Positions 39,575 to 52,340 are shown, counted from the stretch's first letter. The stretch: 64,000 bases of DNA from Octopus vulgaris (GCA_951406725.2 OX597822.1:114948001-115012000), one strand, 5' to 3'. Made by a program: numbers and translations. The notes: generated from the sequence alone by a model not told the origin.

Positions 39575-39737
39575 CGACTGACTTCTTTCAGTTTCCGCCT
39601 ACCAAATCCACTCACAAGGCTTTGGTCGGCCCGAGGCTGTAGTAGAAGACACTTGCCCAAGGTGCCATGCAGTGAGAATGAACCCGGAAACATGTGATTG
39701 GTAAGCAAGCTATTTGCCACACAGTTACGCCTGCGCT
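39291..39737 (-). mobile_element. SINE family A, full length
   Basis: Colinear with the reverse complement of 4396-4802. Confidence 0.9.
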
Positions 39738-40094
39738 TAAAAAGCATTTCGCCTGGTGTGCTAACGTTACAGTTCCTAGCAATATTTAATTATGAAAATA
39801 TAGGACTTTTTAAACAGTGAATGGCTATGAGGGTTCACCCAAGCAAAATAGGAATCAAAGGGGTCCTTTGGCAAAAAGGGTTGAGAAACCCTGATTTAGA
39901 CCGACAAAGAGGATTACGTGAAAAGCCATTACAGGAATTTGCTATAAAATCAAAACACTTGGAATTTGCGTTAATTGAAATATTCATTTAATGTACGAAA
40001 TGTATGTTTCTACTCTTCCTCGTGGAGTCCCTTCTATGTGACTGAGTTACTGAGTTTACATTAGGAAACCCTTTCAAACAATTTCCAGTTTGCT

Positions 40095-40227
40095 TCCCAG
40101 CCATGTGGTTCCAGGTTCAGTCCCGCTGTGTGGCACCTTGGACAAATGTCTTTAACTATAGTTCCAGACCGAGCGAAGTCTTAGGAGTGGATTTATTAGA
40201 CAGAAACTGAAAGAAGCCTGTTGCTTT

Positions 40228-40230
<3 letters not shown>
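40095..40230 (+). mobile_element. SINE family A, 5' half
   Basis: ggttcagtcccgctgtgtggcaccttggacaaatgtc...gaaactgaaagaagcc. Confidence 0.75.
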
Positions 40231-40261
<31 letters not shown>

Positions 40262-40357
40262 ATTCAGTTCTTTAGTTTAATTATATTACAATTCCTAATG
40301 ACAACTCACAATTACAAATACTTCTGGACACAATAATCGATACCTAGTGTAGGAATA

Positions 40358-40610
40358 GTGGAGGAGCGTGGCTTAGTGGTTAGGGTGTCAGCATCATGAT
40401 CGTAAGATTGTGGTTTCCATTCCTGGACCGGGCGACGCGTTGTATACTTGAGCAAAACACTTCATTTCCCGTTGCTCCAGTCCACTCAGCTGGCAAAAAT
40501 GAGTAACGCTGCGATGGACTGGCGTCCCGTCCAACTGGGGAACACATACGCCATTGAAACCGAGAAACCGGGCCCATGAACCTGGCTGGGCTTTAAAAGG
40601 GCGCAAGGAA
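40358..40610 (+). mobile_element. tRNA-derived SINE family C (V/Meta-domain-like) with 12-bp TSD
   Basis: A box TGGCTTAGTGG; domain cttgagcaaaacacttc...ttgctccagtccactcagctgg. TSD agtgtaggaata at 40346-40357 and 40611-40622. Confidence 0.85.
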
Positions 40611-41334
40611 AGTGTAGGAATAAAGCTTCAAATGAACATTTGCCATCATATTAAGCTAAATAATATGTTTTCGTTTTCGTTTGGTCTGTTGAACAAATCA
40701 TCCTTATTGTCGATGTACCCTGCAAGTCAGTCACGGGTGGTAAATTCGATATTGATGCAAACGGACGAAATTCACTGAAACGTGTGATTTCGTATGCAAA
40801 AAATTGTCGCTCAAGACTGTGAATAACCTCGAAATGCACTGATGATAGGTATTAATCCTTAGAGGTATCATGTATAGACAATAAGGCATATACGAATCCA
40901 TGTCTGCGTATTAATCCATCTTAATCGAAACAACCCACAAAAAGAGCTCAATATATATATATACACAAACAAGTACAGTCAGTTTGGATTACGGCTACGG
41001 TCTCTGCTGCAGAATTAAAACTGACAGAAAAATTCGACATATATTAAATAAGAGTGATATTAACTGTTCGAGAAATCACAAAAACTACTTTGTACATTTT
41101 TGTACATTTCTTAATAAATAAACATTAAATGGAGTGTCAAAAATGTTTTCCTCGCATCTCGGAAGCCTGATTATTGATACGATACGACTGGAATTCTATT
41201 AGCGACAAGGATGTAGACATGCGATAAAACTTTTGACACTTCATAATAGAAAGTACTTTTAAGAAATCAGCGAACATTGAATATGAGAGATTTTGTTTTC
41301 TTAAATGACTAGACAAAATCTTCCACGAACACAC

Positions 41335-41377
<43 letters not shown>

Positions 41378-41438
41378 CACATATATGTACATGTATAAAC
41401 GTATATACATGCACACACAAACACTCACACACAAATAC

Positions 41439-41571
<133 letters not shown>

Positions 41572-41877
41572 TACAGTGTGTGTGATGCGTGCGTGTGCAT
41601 GTGTGGGGGTGGATGATTAAGTGCGAGCATTTGTGCTCGTATTCAGCACTTACCGGTTTGACAAGTGACCCTCGCCGTAACCTTGCGATTCTTACATACA
41701 AAGAGGATCAGATTTGAAAATGAGCATTACGGACTGTTTCATTGACTGAGTCTTTCAAAGTGGTGCCTGCCTCAGCATGGTCAGAGTCCAAAGAGTGAGA
41801 CAAATAAAGAATGATTAAGGGAGTATGCGGGTGAGAGTACGTTTGTGTGTGTATGTGTGTATATATGAATGTATATA

Positions 41878-42130
41878 CTCTTTTACTTGTTTCAGTCATT
41901 TGACTGCAGCCATACTGGAGCACCGTCTTTAGTCGAGCAAATCGAGCACAGGATTTTGTAAGCCTAGTACTTATTCTATCGGTCGCTTTGGCCGAACCAC
42001 TAAGTTACGGGGACGTAAACACACCACCATCGGTTGTCAAGCGATGCTGTGAGGACAGACACAGATACACAAACATATACACACACATACATATACATAT
42101 ATATACATATATATAAGACGGGATTCTTTT
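41878..42130 (-). mobile_element. SINE family A, 3' two-thirds
   Basis: Match to the tail and body of 4396-4802. Confidence 0.85.
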
Positions 42131-42289
42131 AAAAAATCCATGAAGTCTTTTTATATACAAATCCAATTTCCTATTGAATAGGATATAAATCGAAAACAGC
42201 GAATCATCTCTATATAATCCACCTTTAAGTTCCGGAAATTCAACCTAAATAAAACATAATGTATATATATATATATATATATATATACA

Positions 42290-42525
42290 CGAGGTCTGAT
42301 CAATATGTATCCGGACTGATGTCATAGTAAAGACATCAATTGGCAAATATTGACCTTCAACTCAGCAGTGCATGCGCACTAAGTTTTGACGTTCTAGTTA
42401 GCTTCCGCTGTTTACAGCAGTGCTTGAAAGGAGAGTTGAAAGACAACTTGTGCCCAGCGTCTTACTCTGCGTGCTTTAGTTTCGTTACTGTGGCAAAAGT
42501 TCGGATACTTACTGAGCAGACCACG
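42290..42525. mobile_element. mariner-derived MITE (same TIR family as 26879-28093)
   Basis: cgaggtctgatcaatatgtatccgg ... tcggatacttactgagcagaccacg|ta. Confidence 0.85.
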
Positions 42526-42972
42526 TATATATATATAATACAAAATGGGACAAGAACGCAAAACATCCGGACAACTAGGTGATGCAAAAAGGGACAACAA
42601 AACATCCAGATAGACGATACAAAAAACAAGGACGGGTCATTCGAAGCTTTTTATCCTCAGTCAAGAACCGGATCATCCTCGCAATTTCGGCTAATTAATC
42701 TTGAGATTGCTCTAATCTGGCCAGCCCCAAGGAAAAAAGCATCGAATGTATACGAAAACAAGGACGGAAAAACAGACGATGTTACATGAATATAAATACA
42801 AAAATACAATAAAAATAATAATAATAATAGGACATAACAACAGGTGTCTTTCGACTGGGGACGAATTGAATTCTGCTGGCGTGTATGGAAATGAAGCCTT
42901 ACGGCAGAGAAAGTTCTTGGTACAGTATTATATATTTGAAAATTGAGTACAGATGGCTTTTGGGGGGAATAA

Positions 42973-43048
42973 TTTTTATTTTAATAATAATGTTTACAGT
43001 GAGTGACTCTAGAGTCATTCACTGTAAACATTATTATTAAAATAAAAA
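42973..43048. repeat. 76-bp spacer-less palindrome
   Basis: 38-bp arms centred on 43010/43011 with a single G-T mismatch. Confidence 0.9.
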
Positions 43049-43269
43049 AGCGGCGAGCCAAAGAAGAACTCAGTGGATCGTGATATCCTGATAGGCGTCT
43101 GGGAGGAACTCTCTCATCTTATTGATGTTGTCCATTCTGCATGTGGTGGCCACAAGTTGATTGTGAGTAAATACTTGTGATTGAGCTGGAGTTTTCTACC
43201 GCTTTTCCTTATTAAAATAGTGTGTAATGAAATCGGTTCATTCTTTTTGAATAACCCTGTATACATATA

Positions 43270-43595
43270 TATATAAATTAGAAACAAAACACCTTTTATC
43301 AATTCAAAATGAGCGATAAAATTACGCCATCTAGAAAATTACTTATAATAGAAATATTATATACGTTTTTATTATTATTTTGCAATTTACTTAATCATCG
43401 GTATATTATTGTTATTATATTTTTAATATTTCTATTATATGTAATTTTCTAGATGGTATAATTTTATTGTTCATTTTGAATTGATAAAAGGTGTTTTTTC
43501 CTAATTTTTATATGTATATTATATTTTGTGAAATTTGATTTAGTATTTCTAAATTGAATTTTTCCCTGTAAGTTAGGAATAATATTCCCTCAAAT
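43270..43595. mobile_element. AT-rich fold-back insert between TA-rich tracts
   Basis: Arms of about 90 bp (43270-43360 and 43424-43515), e.g. caccttttatcaattcaaaatga / tcattttgaattgataaaaggtg, plus a one-sided tail. Confidence 0.55.
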
Positions 43596-43607
43596 TATAT
43601 ATATATA

Positions 43608-44146
43608 CGTTTAAATATTTGTTGTGCAAGATTTTTTATGTGAAGTCGTGTGTTGAAACAGATATTGATATATTTCGGAATGGTCATATTGCCAGTTTAG
43701 CCAATAAAAACACACGCACTATATATTTGGTGTTATTTTGCTTCGGTGATATTTATTTTTTACATTAATCTTAATCTTATTTCGGCCAAAGTTCTTTCGT
43801 CACACTCCTGTGACCGCATCAGTGGTCCTTTGTTTTCTTCTCACTTACTTGTGTCTCTCCTTACTAACCGTCAGCCATTTTGTATTTCTATTGTATGTCT
43901 TCATTTGCGCATGCTTATATCACTATGTGCGTCTATGTTTATTTAGTGTGTGTGTGGGGGGGATGCCTGTAATATTTGTATCTTCTGGTTATATACATTC
44001 TTGTAATTTGTATTTTGTTTTTGTTGTTGTTGCTTTTGTTCTAACTTTGTTCATGTGTTTACATCCACCCATTATTATCATTACATATGCTTGTATGTAT
44101 GTATAACAACAATATTAGTATTAATAATAATAAATCTAATCGAAAA

Positions 44147-44220
<74 letters not shown>

Positions 44221-44931
44221 CATATATACACATATATATACACATATACACACACACATATACACACATATACACACATACATATATATAGTTATTCATT
44301 TCTATTTCTTTAATTATCTGTGTATTTATTATGTTTGCAGGATCCACTATCGTCATATGTTGTGGTGTGTGCTATTGCTCCATTCTAGTTTTCTATTCAG
44401 GCTAGGTTTATTTTCTATTATATGTGTAGCTTCTGTAATTTGTCTAATTGTTGCATCTGTTCTATGTGTGGACAATATCTTAATCTCTATGTTATTGATT
44501 GATCCCCCGTGTTCTTGTTCGGCGTGTTGGTACAGAATCGATGAGCTTTTACCTTCCTTGAGTTGTCTCCAATGTTCATTCACCCGCTCTCCAATGCTTC
44601 TTGCTGTTTCCCCTACGTATGTTACTGTCTTGTTACTGCATCGTCCCTCTATACATCTTATACTATAGACCACATTTCTGGCTTTACAGTTTGTTTGTGG
44701 GCTAAATCTACATACAGTGCAATAGTTATCCGTACAGAGAGTTCTACTAAAAGGATAGGTTCTACCAATTATAGATCTGATAGGGTTGCCTGGCTTTTCA
44801 ACAACCTTAATTCTTAGTTTAAGTTTATCTAGGGTCCTTCTAAAGCGGTACGCCAGTTCACCTCCAGGGGTGGTGTCAACGAACATGACACTCTGGTATT
44901 TATGGCTATCATACCAAGAGTTGGCCTTCCC
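43608..44931 (-). mobile_element. Second PLE (tentatively Naiad-like), 3' fragment with GIY-YIG domain and 3' UTR
   Basis: Open frame 44931->44353; (TA)n at both ends; decayed hammerhead at 43784-43828. Confidence 0.85.
44353..44931 (-). CDS. PLE C-terminal fragment: Cys-rich linker plus GIY-YIG endonuclease (5'-truncated)
   Basis: GKANSWY...[22 protein letters not shown]...C, NVVYSIRC...C...[20 protein letters not shown]...H, RQITEA, LNRKLEW. Confidence 0.85.
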   Translation of the reverse strand, partial: GKANSWYDSHKYQSVMFVDTTPGGELAYRFRRTLDKLKLRIKVVEKPGNPIRSIIGRTYPFSRTLCTDNYCTVCRFSPQTNCKARNVVYSIRCIEGRCSNKTVTYVGETARSIGERVNEHWRQLKEGKSSSILYQHAEQEHGGSINNIEIKILSTHRTDATIRQITEATHIIENKPSLNRKLEWSNSTHHNI

Positions 44932-44938
44932 TATATAT

Positions 44939-45645
44939 ATATTTAATGTAGGATAAAATCTCTAAAAAATTCCATTATTACCATATCGGACCGATTTCAG
45001 GGTTAGTTCGTAAGAAACCTCCCTTTTTAGAGATTTTTTCAGAGATTTCTTTCGGCTTTTTTTCGAGTAGCGTGCATATTGTGAAAAATTATATGGTAAT
45101 GGACGATATGTCCAATTTTTCGGCATATTTAGCATTAGAAATTTTTTCTTTCGCCCTTATTTATAAGTTGTTTATAATTTTAATCTTTAAAGATATTTTT
45201 TAATATGCTGGCCATTGATAAAATTTTTTTCGAAAAACTTTTATCCTACATTAAATATAAATTGAAGTGTTCTCTTCCGGACTCTCTCATTCTATGAGAG
45301 CCTCAGTTCAAATCGCACGTGTCTTGAATGGGCTGGAGTATTTCTATTTTGGATGTATTTGGGGTACTTAGTTGTGCTCATGACTTAGTGTTTTGCTTCT
45401 TCCATGGGTATGAGTAAGTATCTCATTTATTTCTTTGCCACATGTACCACTGACGAAGGGAGGGTTCTTACGAACTAACCCTGAATTCGGTTCGATATGG
45501 TAATAATGGAATTTTTTAGAGATTTCTGTCGGCTTTTTTTCGAGTAGCGTGCGTACTGAAAAAAATTATATGGTAAATGGACAATATGTCAAAGTTTTCG
45601 GCACATTTGGCATTAGAATTTTTTTCGTTTGCCCTTATTTATAAG

Positions 45646-45647
<2 letters not shown>
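44939..45647 (+). mobile_element. Non-coding ~477-nt unit present as ~1.3 tandem copies with a hammerhead (retrozyme / mini-PLE-like)
   Basis: Direct repeat 45041-45169 vs 45518-45647. Inverted pieces 44956-45025 (of 45456-45525) and 44939-44958 (of 45239-45258). (TA)n flanks. Confidence 0.7.
45445..45502 (+). ncRNA. Type-I hammerhead motif (one core substitution in this copy)
   Basis: TACCA CTGACGA aggg AGGGTT-cttacgaact-AACCCT GAAt TCG-gtt-CGA TA TGGTA. The inverted partial copy retains GAAA TCG-gtc-CGA TA. Confidence 0.7.
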
Positions 45648-45688
<41 letters not shown>

Positions 45689-45690
<2 letters not shown>

Positions 45691-45865
45691 GGTGTAAGCA
45701 CATAAATGTGAAGCAAGGTGGAAAAAAGTACTCAAATACCAGAGGTAGAGTAATATGCTCTATTTAAAAGCATCATAAATTTAACAAAACTGTCCGACAA
45801 ACGGAAACGTGAAACTCTGAGTAATAACTATTGTTATATTTCTGCTGCTTTTAAATAAATTACAT
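45689..45865. mobile_element. Fold-back insert in (TA)n with decayed hammerhead (45790-45823, +)
   Basis: CCGACAA ACG-gaaa-CGT GAAA CTC-t-GAG TA; arms tttaaaagcatcataaat / atttctgctgcttttaaa. Confidence 0.5.
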
Positions 45866-46242
45866 ATATATATATATATACTATAATAATACTATTGTGT
45901 ATTTCTCCGTCACAACATATGACTGAGAGAGCAAGGGGTGATAGATGAATAAGGAAAGGGTGATGGAAGTTCTATGATGAAAAAAATCAAACAGCATTTC
46001 AACTCTGTGTGTATGTGTGTGTGTGTGTTTGTAACTGATTATTTTGTACCTTATTTATATATAAAATACTACAATTAACCGTCATTTTTCACTGCACGGG
46101 ACCAGCTAGTATATACCCTCCTTCTTCCCTTCCTTCCCGAACGTCCAATAATACTATATTTGTTCCACGTCCTCGCGTTGTTGTGTTTTCTCTTTGTGTT
46201 TTCATGTTTGGATTATCTATATATAGACATAGACATAGACTC

Positions 46243-46668
46243 AGGAGTGAATGTGTGGTAAGAAGCTTCCTTCCCAACCATATAGTTCCAGGTTCAGTCC
46301 CACTACGGAACATCTTGAGCAAGTGTCTTTTACTGTAGCCTCAGGTCGACCAAAGCCATGTGAGTGGTTTCGGCAGACTGAAACTGAAAGAAGCCCTTCG
46401 TATATACATATATGCGTGTGTGCATGTGTGAGTGAGTGAGTCTGTATGTCTGTCTGTCTGTCTGTGGGGCTATATTTGTCCCCACATCATCTCCGCTTGA
46501 CAACCGATGTTGGCGTGGTTACCGGTTCGGTACAAGAGACGAATACAACAGGTTCTAGGCTTAAAAATCGGTCCTCGGGTGGGATTTCGATTTGTTCGAC
46601 TAAAACCCTTCAATGTGGTGCTCCAGCACGGCCGCTGTCAAATGACTGAAACAAATAAAGGAATAGAA
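46243..46668 (+). mobile_element. SINE family A, near full length, diverged
   Basis: Head, internal (TG)n and tail are colinear with 4396-4802. Confidence 0.85.
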
Positions 46669-46695
46669 GAATGTGTGTGTATGTGTGTGTTTGTT

Positions 46696-46730
<35 letters not shown>

Positions 46731-46810
46731 ATGTATGTATTCATGTATGACTATGTAAACCCTTTCTATCTCTTTGCTTCTTTTAATTTTAAACCAGTCT
46801 CTTTCTTTCT

Positions 46811-46849
<39 letters not shown>

Positions 46850-47199
46850 TCTCTGTCTTCCTCTTCAACCGACAACTTTTGGTTTCCTTTCCAATCAGAT
46901 TTTACTTCAATAGATGTCTTATTGTTTTGCTGTGTCTATGTGTTGCCAGTTATTCTTTTTTTATTCTTTTATAATTTAAATTTGTATTTATTTATATTTT
47001 TCCTTTTCAAATTCTATTTTATGATAAACAAGCAGAATTATCCCCCTTGCTTTTGACCTAGCCATCACGTTCTCTTCATGCCGCGCAGTCATGACAATCT
47101 GTCTGTGAAATGTCAGACACCTCACACCTCCATAAACAGACTGTCTCTCCCTCCCTACCTCCCTCCCTCCCTCCCTCCTCTCTTTCTCTCGCTTTCTCA

Positions 47200-47244
<45 letters not shown>

Positions 47245-47808
47245 TCTTGCGTGCGCGCACACGCAAACACCCACACGTACACACACACACAAAACACAAA
47301 ACATATACACTCATACCCGTAGTGAAACACATGCACACTCACACATCTGTATAAATGTGTGTGCGTGCGTGTGTGTGTGTGTGTGTCTGTGTGTGTGTGT
47401 GTGTATACAGACAGACAAAGAGATAAACAGAGGGAGGGAGAGAGAGAGAGAAAGAAAGAGCGAGAGACAAATAACATACACATTCGCTCACGCACACATA
47501 TACACGCGCATACACATACACACTCCCAAACCATCACATAAACACAGGCACGTTCTCACGTATATTTGCTTGTAGATACGTACACATCCACACACAGATG
47601 AATAAAAGTATACACACACACACACACACAGGATTACACACTCACACACACACGCACACAGATCGCATATTTATGCACCTACATTTATAGCAACACATCT
47701 ACATTCGCATTCTCGGTTATTGGTACACACACACCTACATACCCAGACACAGTCACACACAGACATATTGATAGATAGACAGACAGATAGATAGACAGAC
47801 AGACAGAC

Positions 47809-47875
<67 letters not shown>

Positions 47876-47896
47876 CAGATAGATAGACAGACAGAC

Positions 47897-47927
<31 letters not shown>

Positions 47928-47946
47928 TAGAAAGATGGATAGATAG

Positions 47947-47977
<31 letters not shown>

Positions 47978-48015
47978 GATAGATAGATAGATACATACAT
48001 ACATACATACATACA

Positions 48016-48047
<32 letters not shown>

Positions 48048-48194
48048 CTTAAGCACACCGCCCTCTTCGCCACTACACCACTCTACGTAGCTCGCCAGGG
48101 ATGTCTGTACACATGGTCTAAGTAGTCTTAGTTGAAGAAATGGATTGACTGCTCTACAGTCTGCCAGGGTAGGAAGGATAGGGTAAGGGTTGAA

Positions 48195-48760
48195 GGAGAG
48201 TGTGAGTGAGAGGTGATATGAGTGTGGATTAGGAGGTGAGTGAGAGATAAGTAAAAGGTGAATGAGAGTGTGAATTTGAGAGGAGTCGTGTAACATTTAG
48301 AGATGTGTGAGAGATGAGTAAAAAGTGAATGAGTGTGAGTGTGAGAGGAGTTGAGTAGAGATTTAGAAATGGATAGAGATTTAGAAATGAGTCAAAGGCG
48401 AATGGGAGCGTGAGTGTGAGAAGAGTTGAGAAGTTTAGAAATGAGTGAGATATGAGTAAACAGTGAATGAGAGTGTGAGTGTGAGAGGAGTGAAGTAGGA
48501 ATTTAAAGATGAGTGAGAGATGAGTAAAATGTGAATGAGAGTGTGAATGTGAGTATGAGAGGAGTTGAGTAGAGATTTAGAGATGAGTGAGAAAATAAGT
48601 AAAAAGTGAATGAGAGTGAGAGTGTGAGAGGAGCGGAGTATGGATTTACAAATCAGTGATAGACGAGTAAAAGATGAATGAGAGTGTGAGTGACAGAGGG
48701 TTGAGCAGGGGTTAGAGATGAGTGAGAGGTAAATAAGAGGGTGAGTGAGGGGGGAGTCGA
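48195..48760 (+). repeat. Degenerate purine-rich minisatellite, unit about 68 bp, about 8 copies
   Basis: Recurrent ttta gagatgagtgagagatgagtaaaaagtgaatgagagtgtgagtgtgagaggagttgagtagaga. Confidence 0.75.
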
Positions 48761-49429
48761 GGGGAGATTTGGATTAAGCTAAGTAGGATTGAAAGGTGAG
48801 TCGGATAAACACTGAAATGTGATTGAAAAATGAGTCGAGTGGGATTCAAACGTGAGTGACAGAGGAAATCGGATAGGAATGCAGGTGAGTGAGAGATGAA
48901 TTGAAAAATATGTTTTTGAGTCAGATTTGAGTGATAGTGTAAAGCAGAAAAGTGTGAGAAAAGTGGGAATTACAAAGTGAGAAGTGAATCTCTTAGGACT
49001 GAGGGGGGTGAGTGAAAGATAACTGCGACTGTGAGAGGAGAGTTAAGGAGGGGTTTAGAAGTGAGTTGGGTAAGACTGAAAGGTGAGTTAAAGGAAGGTT
49101 GGGTGGGATTGACATCTCTAAATCCCGACTCGACTATTCTCTTACATTCACATTCAGCTTTTACTCATCAATCACTCACTTCTAAATCCATACTCAGTTC
49201 TCCCCTTACTTACCTTGTAATCCCCCCTCGAGGACTTAGACGATCGTAGACTAGGATAACTGGTGAGTGAGAAGAGAGCTGGATAGTATTATGATGTAAC
49301 TGGAAGGCTGAGTGAGACTGGAAAGTGATTAGAGAATCGAGTAAGGATTGAGAGGAGAGTGAGAGGCAAGTTAAAAGAAAGTAGAGTCAGCCTGAAATTT
49401 GAATAAGAGAATTTATGTGGGTATTTGTG

Positions 49430-49768
49430 TATATATAGATCCCCTTCGGTGACGAATGGTCATGGTATTGCACTCAGAAAGTACCCATCCGAGGCACAAA
49501 CCCGGGAAAAGTTGTTTGTGGAATTTCAGGAGTCGCCCATGCATACCAGTTTTCCTTCTCCACCCTGGCGATGTTCTCCAAAGGAAAGGCAAAGGCCGAT
49601 TGAGCTTGGTACCAGAGACGATGCATTTCATTTCTACAGCTGAGTGAACTGGAGCAACGTGAAATAAAGTGTCTTGCTCAAGAACACAGTGCACAGCCCT
49701 GTTCAGGAATCGATCTCACAATCACACAATTGTAAGCCCGATGATTTAACCACTGAACCATGCGCCTT

Positions 49769-49770
<2 letters not shown>
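49430..49770 (-). mobile_element. SINE family C relative with a different 3' tail
   Basis: Reverse complement shares cttgagcaagacacttt...ttgctccagttcactcagctg with 40358-40610. Confidence 0.75.
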
Positions 49771-49802
<32 letters not shown>

Positions 49803-49882
49803 ATTGAGATGTAGGTGCAAGGTATGTAAAAGAGAAGCCGGCATACATGAAACTTGAATAAAAGGATATGTGTGCGTATACG

Positions 49883-49929
<47 letters not shown>

Positions 49930-50559
49930 CTGAGATTTATCATTGTATATATATATATGTATATATTATAGTGTGCTTATAAAGTCCTATTGCAACCTAA
50001 ATCTTTAAGCATTTTTATATGTACACATAATAGAAGTACGTTGCTGCAATTTGCTTAAAAATCTTTTTATTTACACAGTTTTTATGCAAAGCTTCTCATA
50101 TTTCTAATGCGCAACGTGCCCACTTCTAATTTTCGTGACAAATCGGCTGAACCGGTTTTCCTACTATTTGGGAACATTCTTTAGTTGTTGCCCAGTGCTT
50201 TCTTGGAATGTTTCTGTGATTTTGCACCAATGATGACATAAGGGATGTGCCTTTGATGTGTATGTAACTGTTTCATCATGTACCAATACGAAAAATAGTC
50301 CACCGTGATCAGAACATGTAAATAGAGTGATCAGCAATTGGCGTGTCTTCAACAATTCACTTGTCATGAGAGAAGTCATTATCTGAAGCATAAGTGACTA
50401 AGTGCGGCACTTTGCTGAAAGAAAAGTGCTGCCGTCAGGATTACAACTTTCTGTATTCACGAGGCATTAAATACTACTCGTCTGAAAAAAAGTTTAAATT
50501 TATTCAAATTTAAAGAGCCATAGATAAAAGTTGTAAAGGAAGAATAGAGCTACAATGGA

Positions 50560-50790
50560 CTAAACAGAACAGGAGGAGAAACGTGGGTTGGCGAATCACT
50601 GAAGAGGTCACAGGACGTGTGACAAAAATTTCCAGTCAAAGCACACAAAATAAGAACAATAATAAATCTGAAGTGGAAAACGAATATAAAACGAATATAA
50701 AGTTATTGTGTTTATTTGGAAAACAAAGCAAAAATATCCATCTCGAAATATAACAATATATGTTTCAAAAGGGTTTCACATCAGGGATAA
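50560..50790 (+). mobile_element. Old copy of the 3' UTR of the PLE at 43608-44931, with hammerhead remnant
   Basis: caCTGAAGAgGTCAC-aggacgt-GTGAC and cgaaatata.caatat.tgtttcaa...ttcacat are shared with the reverse complement of 43630-43828. Confidence 0.6.
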
Positions 50791-51283
50791 TACAAAACAA
50801 ATAAATAAACATAAGAGCGACAAAAAAAAAAAAATTATAAAACCCCACAATGAAACTATTTTTCCTGTTAATTTAGTTAATATTGGAAAGGATTAAAATA
50901 AATGGGAAAACAAACGAGTTTATGACAACCCAGTATTGTTGTGTTATTTTTATATAATTCAGTTTGAATGGCAGTTTTCTTTCAGTAGCATTTGAACTCC
51001 CTGATTTTTCTATGCGATTTTAAATCCATTTTCAGAATATTGCACAATGTGTTTAGTCCAGCTGATGGTCATCGCAGCTATTTTCTTGAACTCCTGTTCC
51101 ATGCTCCTAGGACAAATTTGACAGACACCACGTTGATCAATGGCCTCCCAGATCATGAATGGCTTTCGCCGATCCAGTTTCTCTATGCTGTTCTTTTTAT
51201 CTAGTTCACTACCACCCCTGCACCCCGCCCCCCAATATCTATGTGGCGCATTTTCCCTACAAAATGAACCGAATTAGTAAAAA

Positions 51284-51407
51284 AACCACATGGTTCCGGG
51301 CGCAGTTTCACTGCGTGGCACCTTGGGTAAGTGTCTTGTACTATAGCCTCGTGCCGACCAAAGCCTTGTCAGTGGATTTGGTTAACGGAAATGGAAAGAA
51401 GCCCGTC

Positions 51408-51449
<42 letters not shown>

Positions 51450-51762
51450 GCACATACACACACTCACATACATATATATATAAACACATGCATATGTATA
51501 TGTTTGTCAGTGTGTGTGCGTATGTATGCGTGTGTGTGTATGTATGTATGTGTGCGTGTTTTTGCATCTGTGTTTGTCCCCGCCAACACCACTTGACAAC
51601 CGGTTTTGATGAGTTTACGATCCCGTAACTTAGCCGTTCGGCAAATGACACCGATAGATTAAATACTAGGCTTTAAAAATAAGTCCTAGGGTCGATTTGT
51701 TCGACTAAAATCCTCCAAGGCAGTGCTCCAGCATGGCCGTAATCAAATGACTAAAGTAACAA
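51284..51762 (+). mobile_element. SINE family A, slightly 5'-truncated
   Basis: Colinear with 4430-4790. Confidence 0.88.
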
Positions 51763-52340
51763 AATGCGATAATAATAAAATCATACTGCTTATATAGACT
51801 TTAATTCTATGAGCAATAGCACGGTTTAATCTTCTCTTCCACTGTCGCCGTTGGCAACTAATAAAAGTATATGAAATTTAACTGTGATTAATTAGAAAAA
51901 AATTCAAGGACACTGATGCATAAGACCTGCGAAGCAAAGCTTTTATGATTATTTCACACAATTTTTTTATTATGTGTAGATTCAAAGTTAATAAAATTTA
52001 AAGGTGGTAGTGGCAGTGGTGCGTACGTGTGTGTGTGTGAAAGAGAAAGAGAGAGTGAGAGAAAAAACATAAATCATGTATAATGCATGTATGTACGTAC
52101 CAGTGTGTGTGTGAGAGAGGGGGAAATGAGAAAGACAGAATAAAGGAGATTGTCCAGTTATGCATCATGATGTGTTGAGCACTCACTCGAAAACATGAAC
52201 TCCCTAATCCTTCCGTCCACGAAAAAGAAATCTGAAAAGTAATCACCGATGAAATCAAAAAGACGTAAATATTCTTTATCATGATTTTCGCAACCACATG
52301 AATAAAATAAATTCACCAATCATGTTACACTAACTATTGG

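Noticed and set aside
44290-44360. SECIS element after the Naiad-like ORF (AUGA...AAA...GA)
   Set aside because: There is no pairing helix between the motifs and no in-frame UGA within the ORF fragment.
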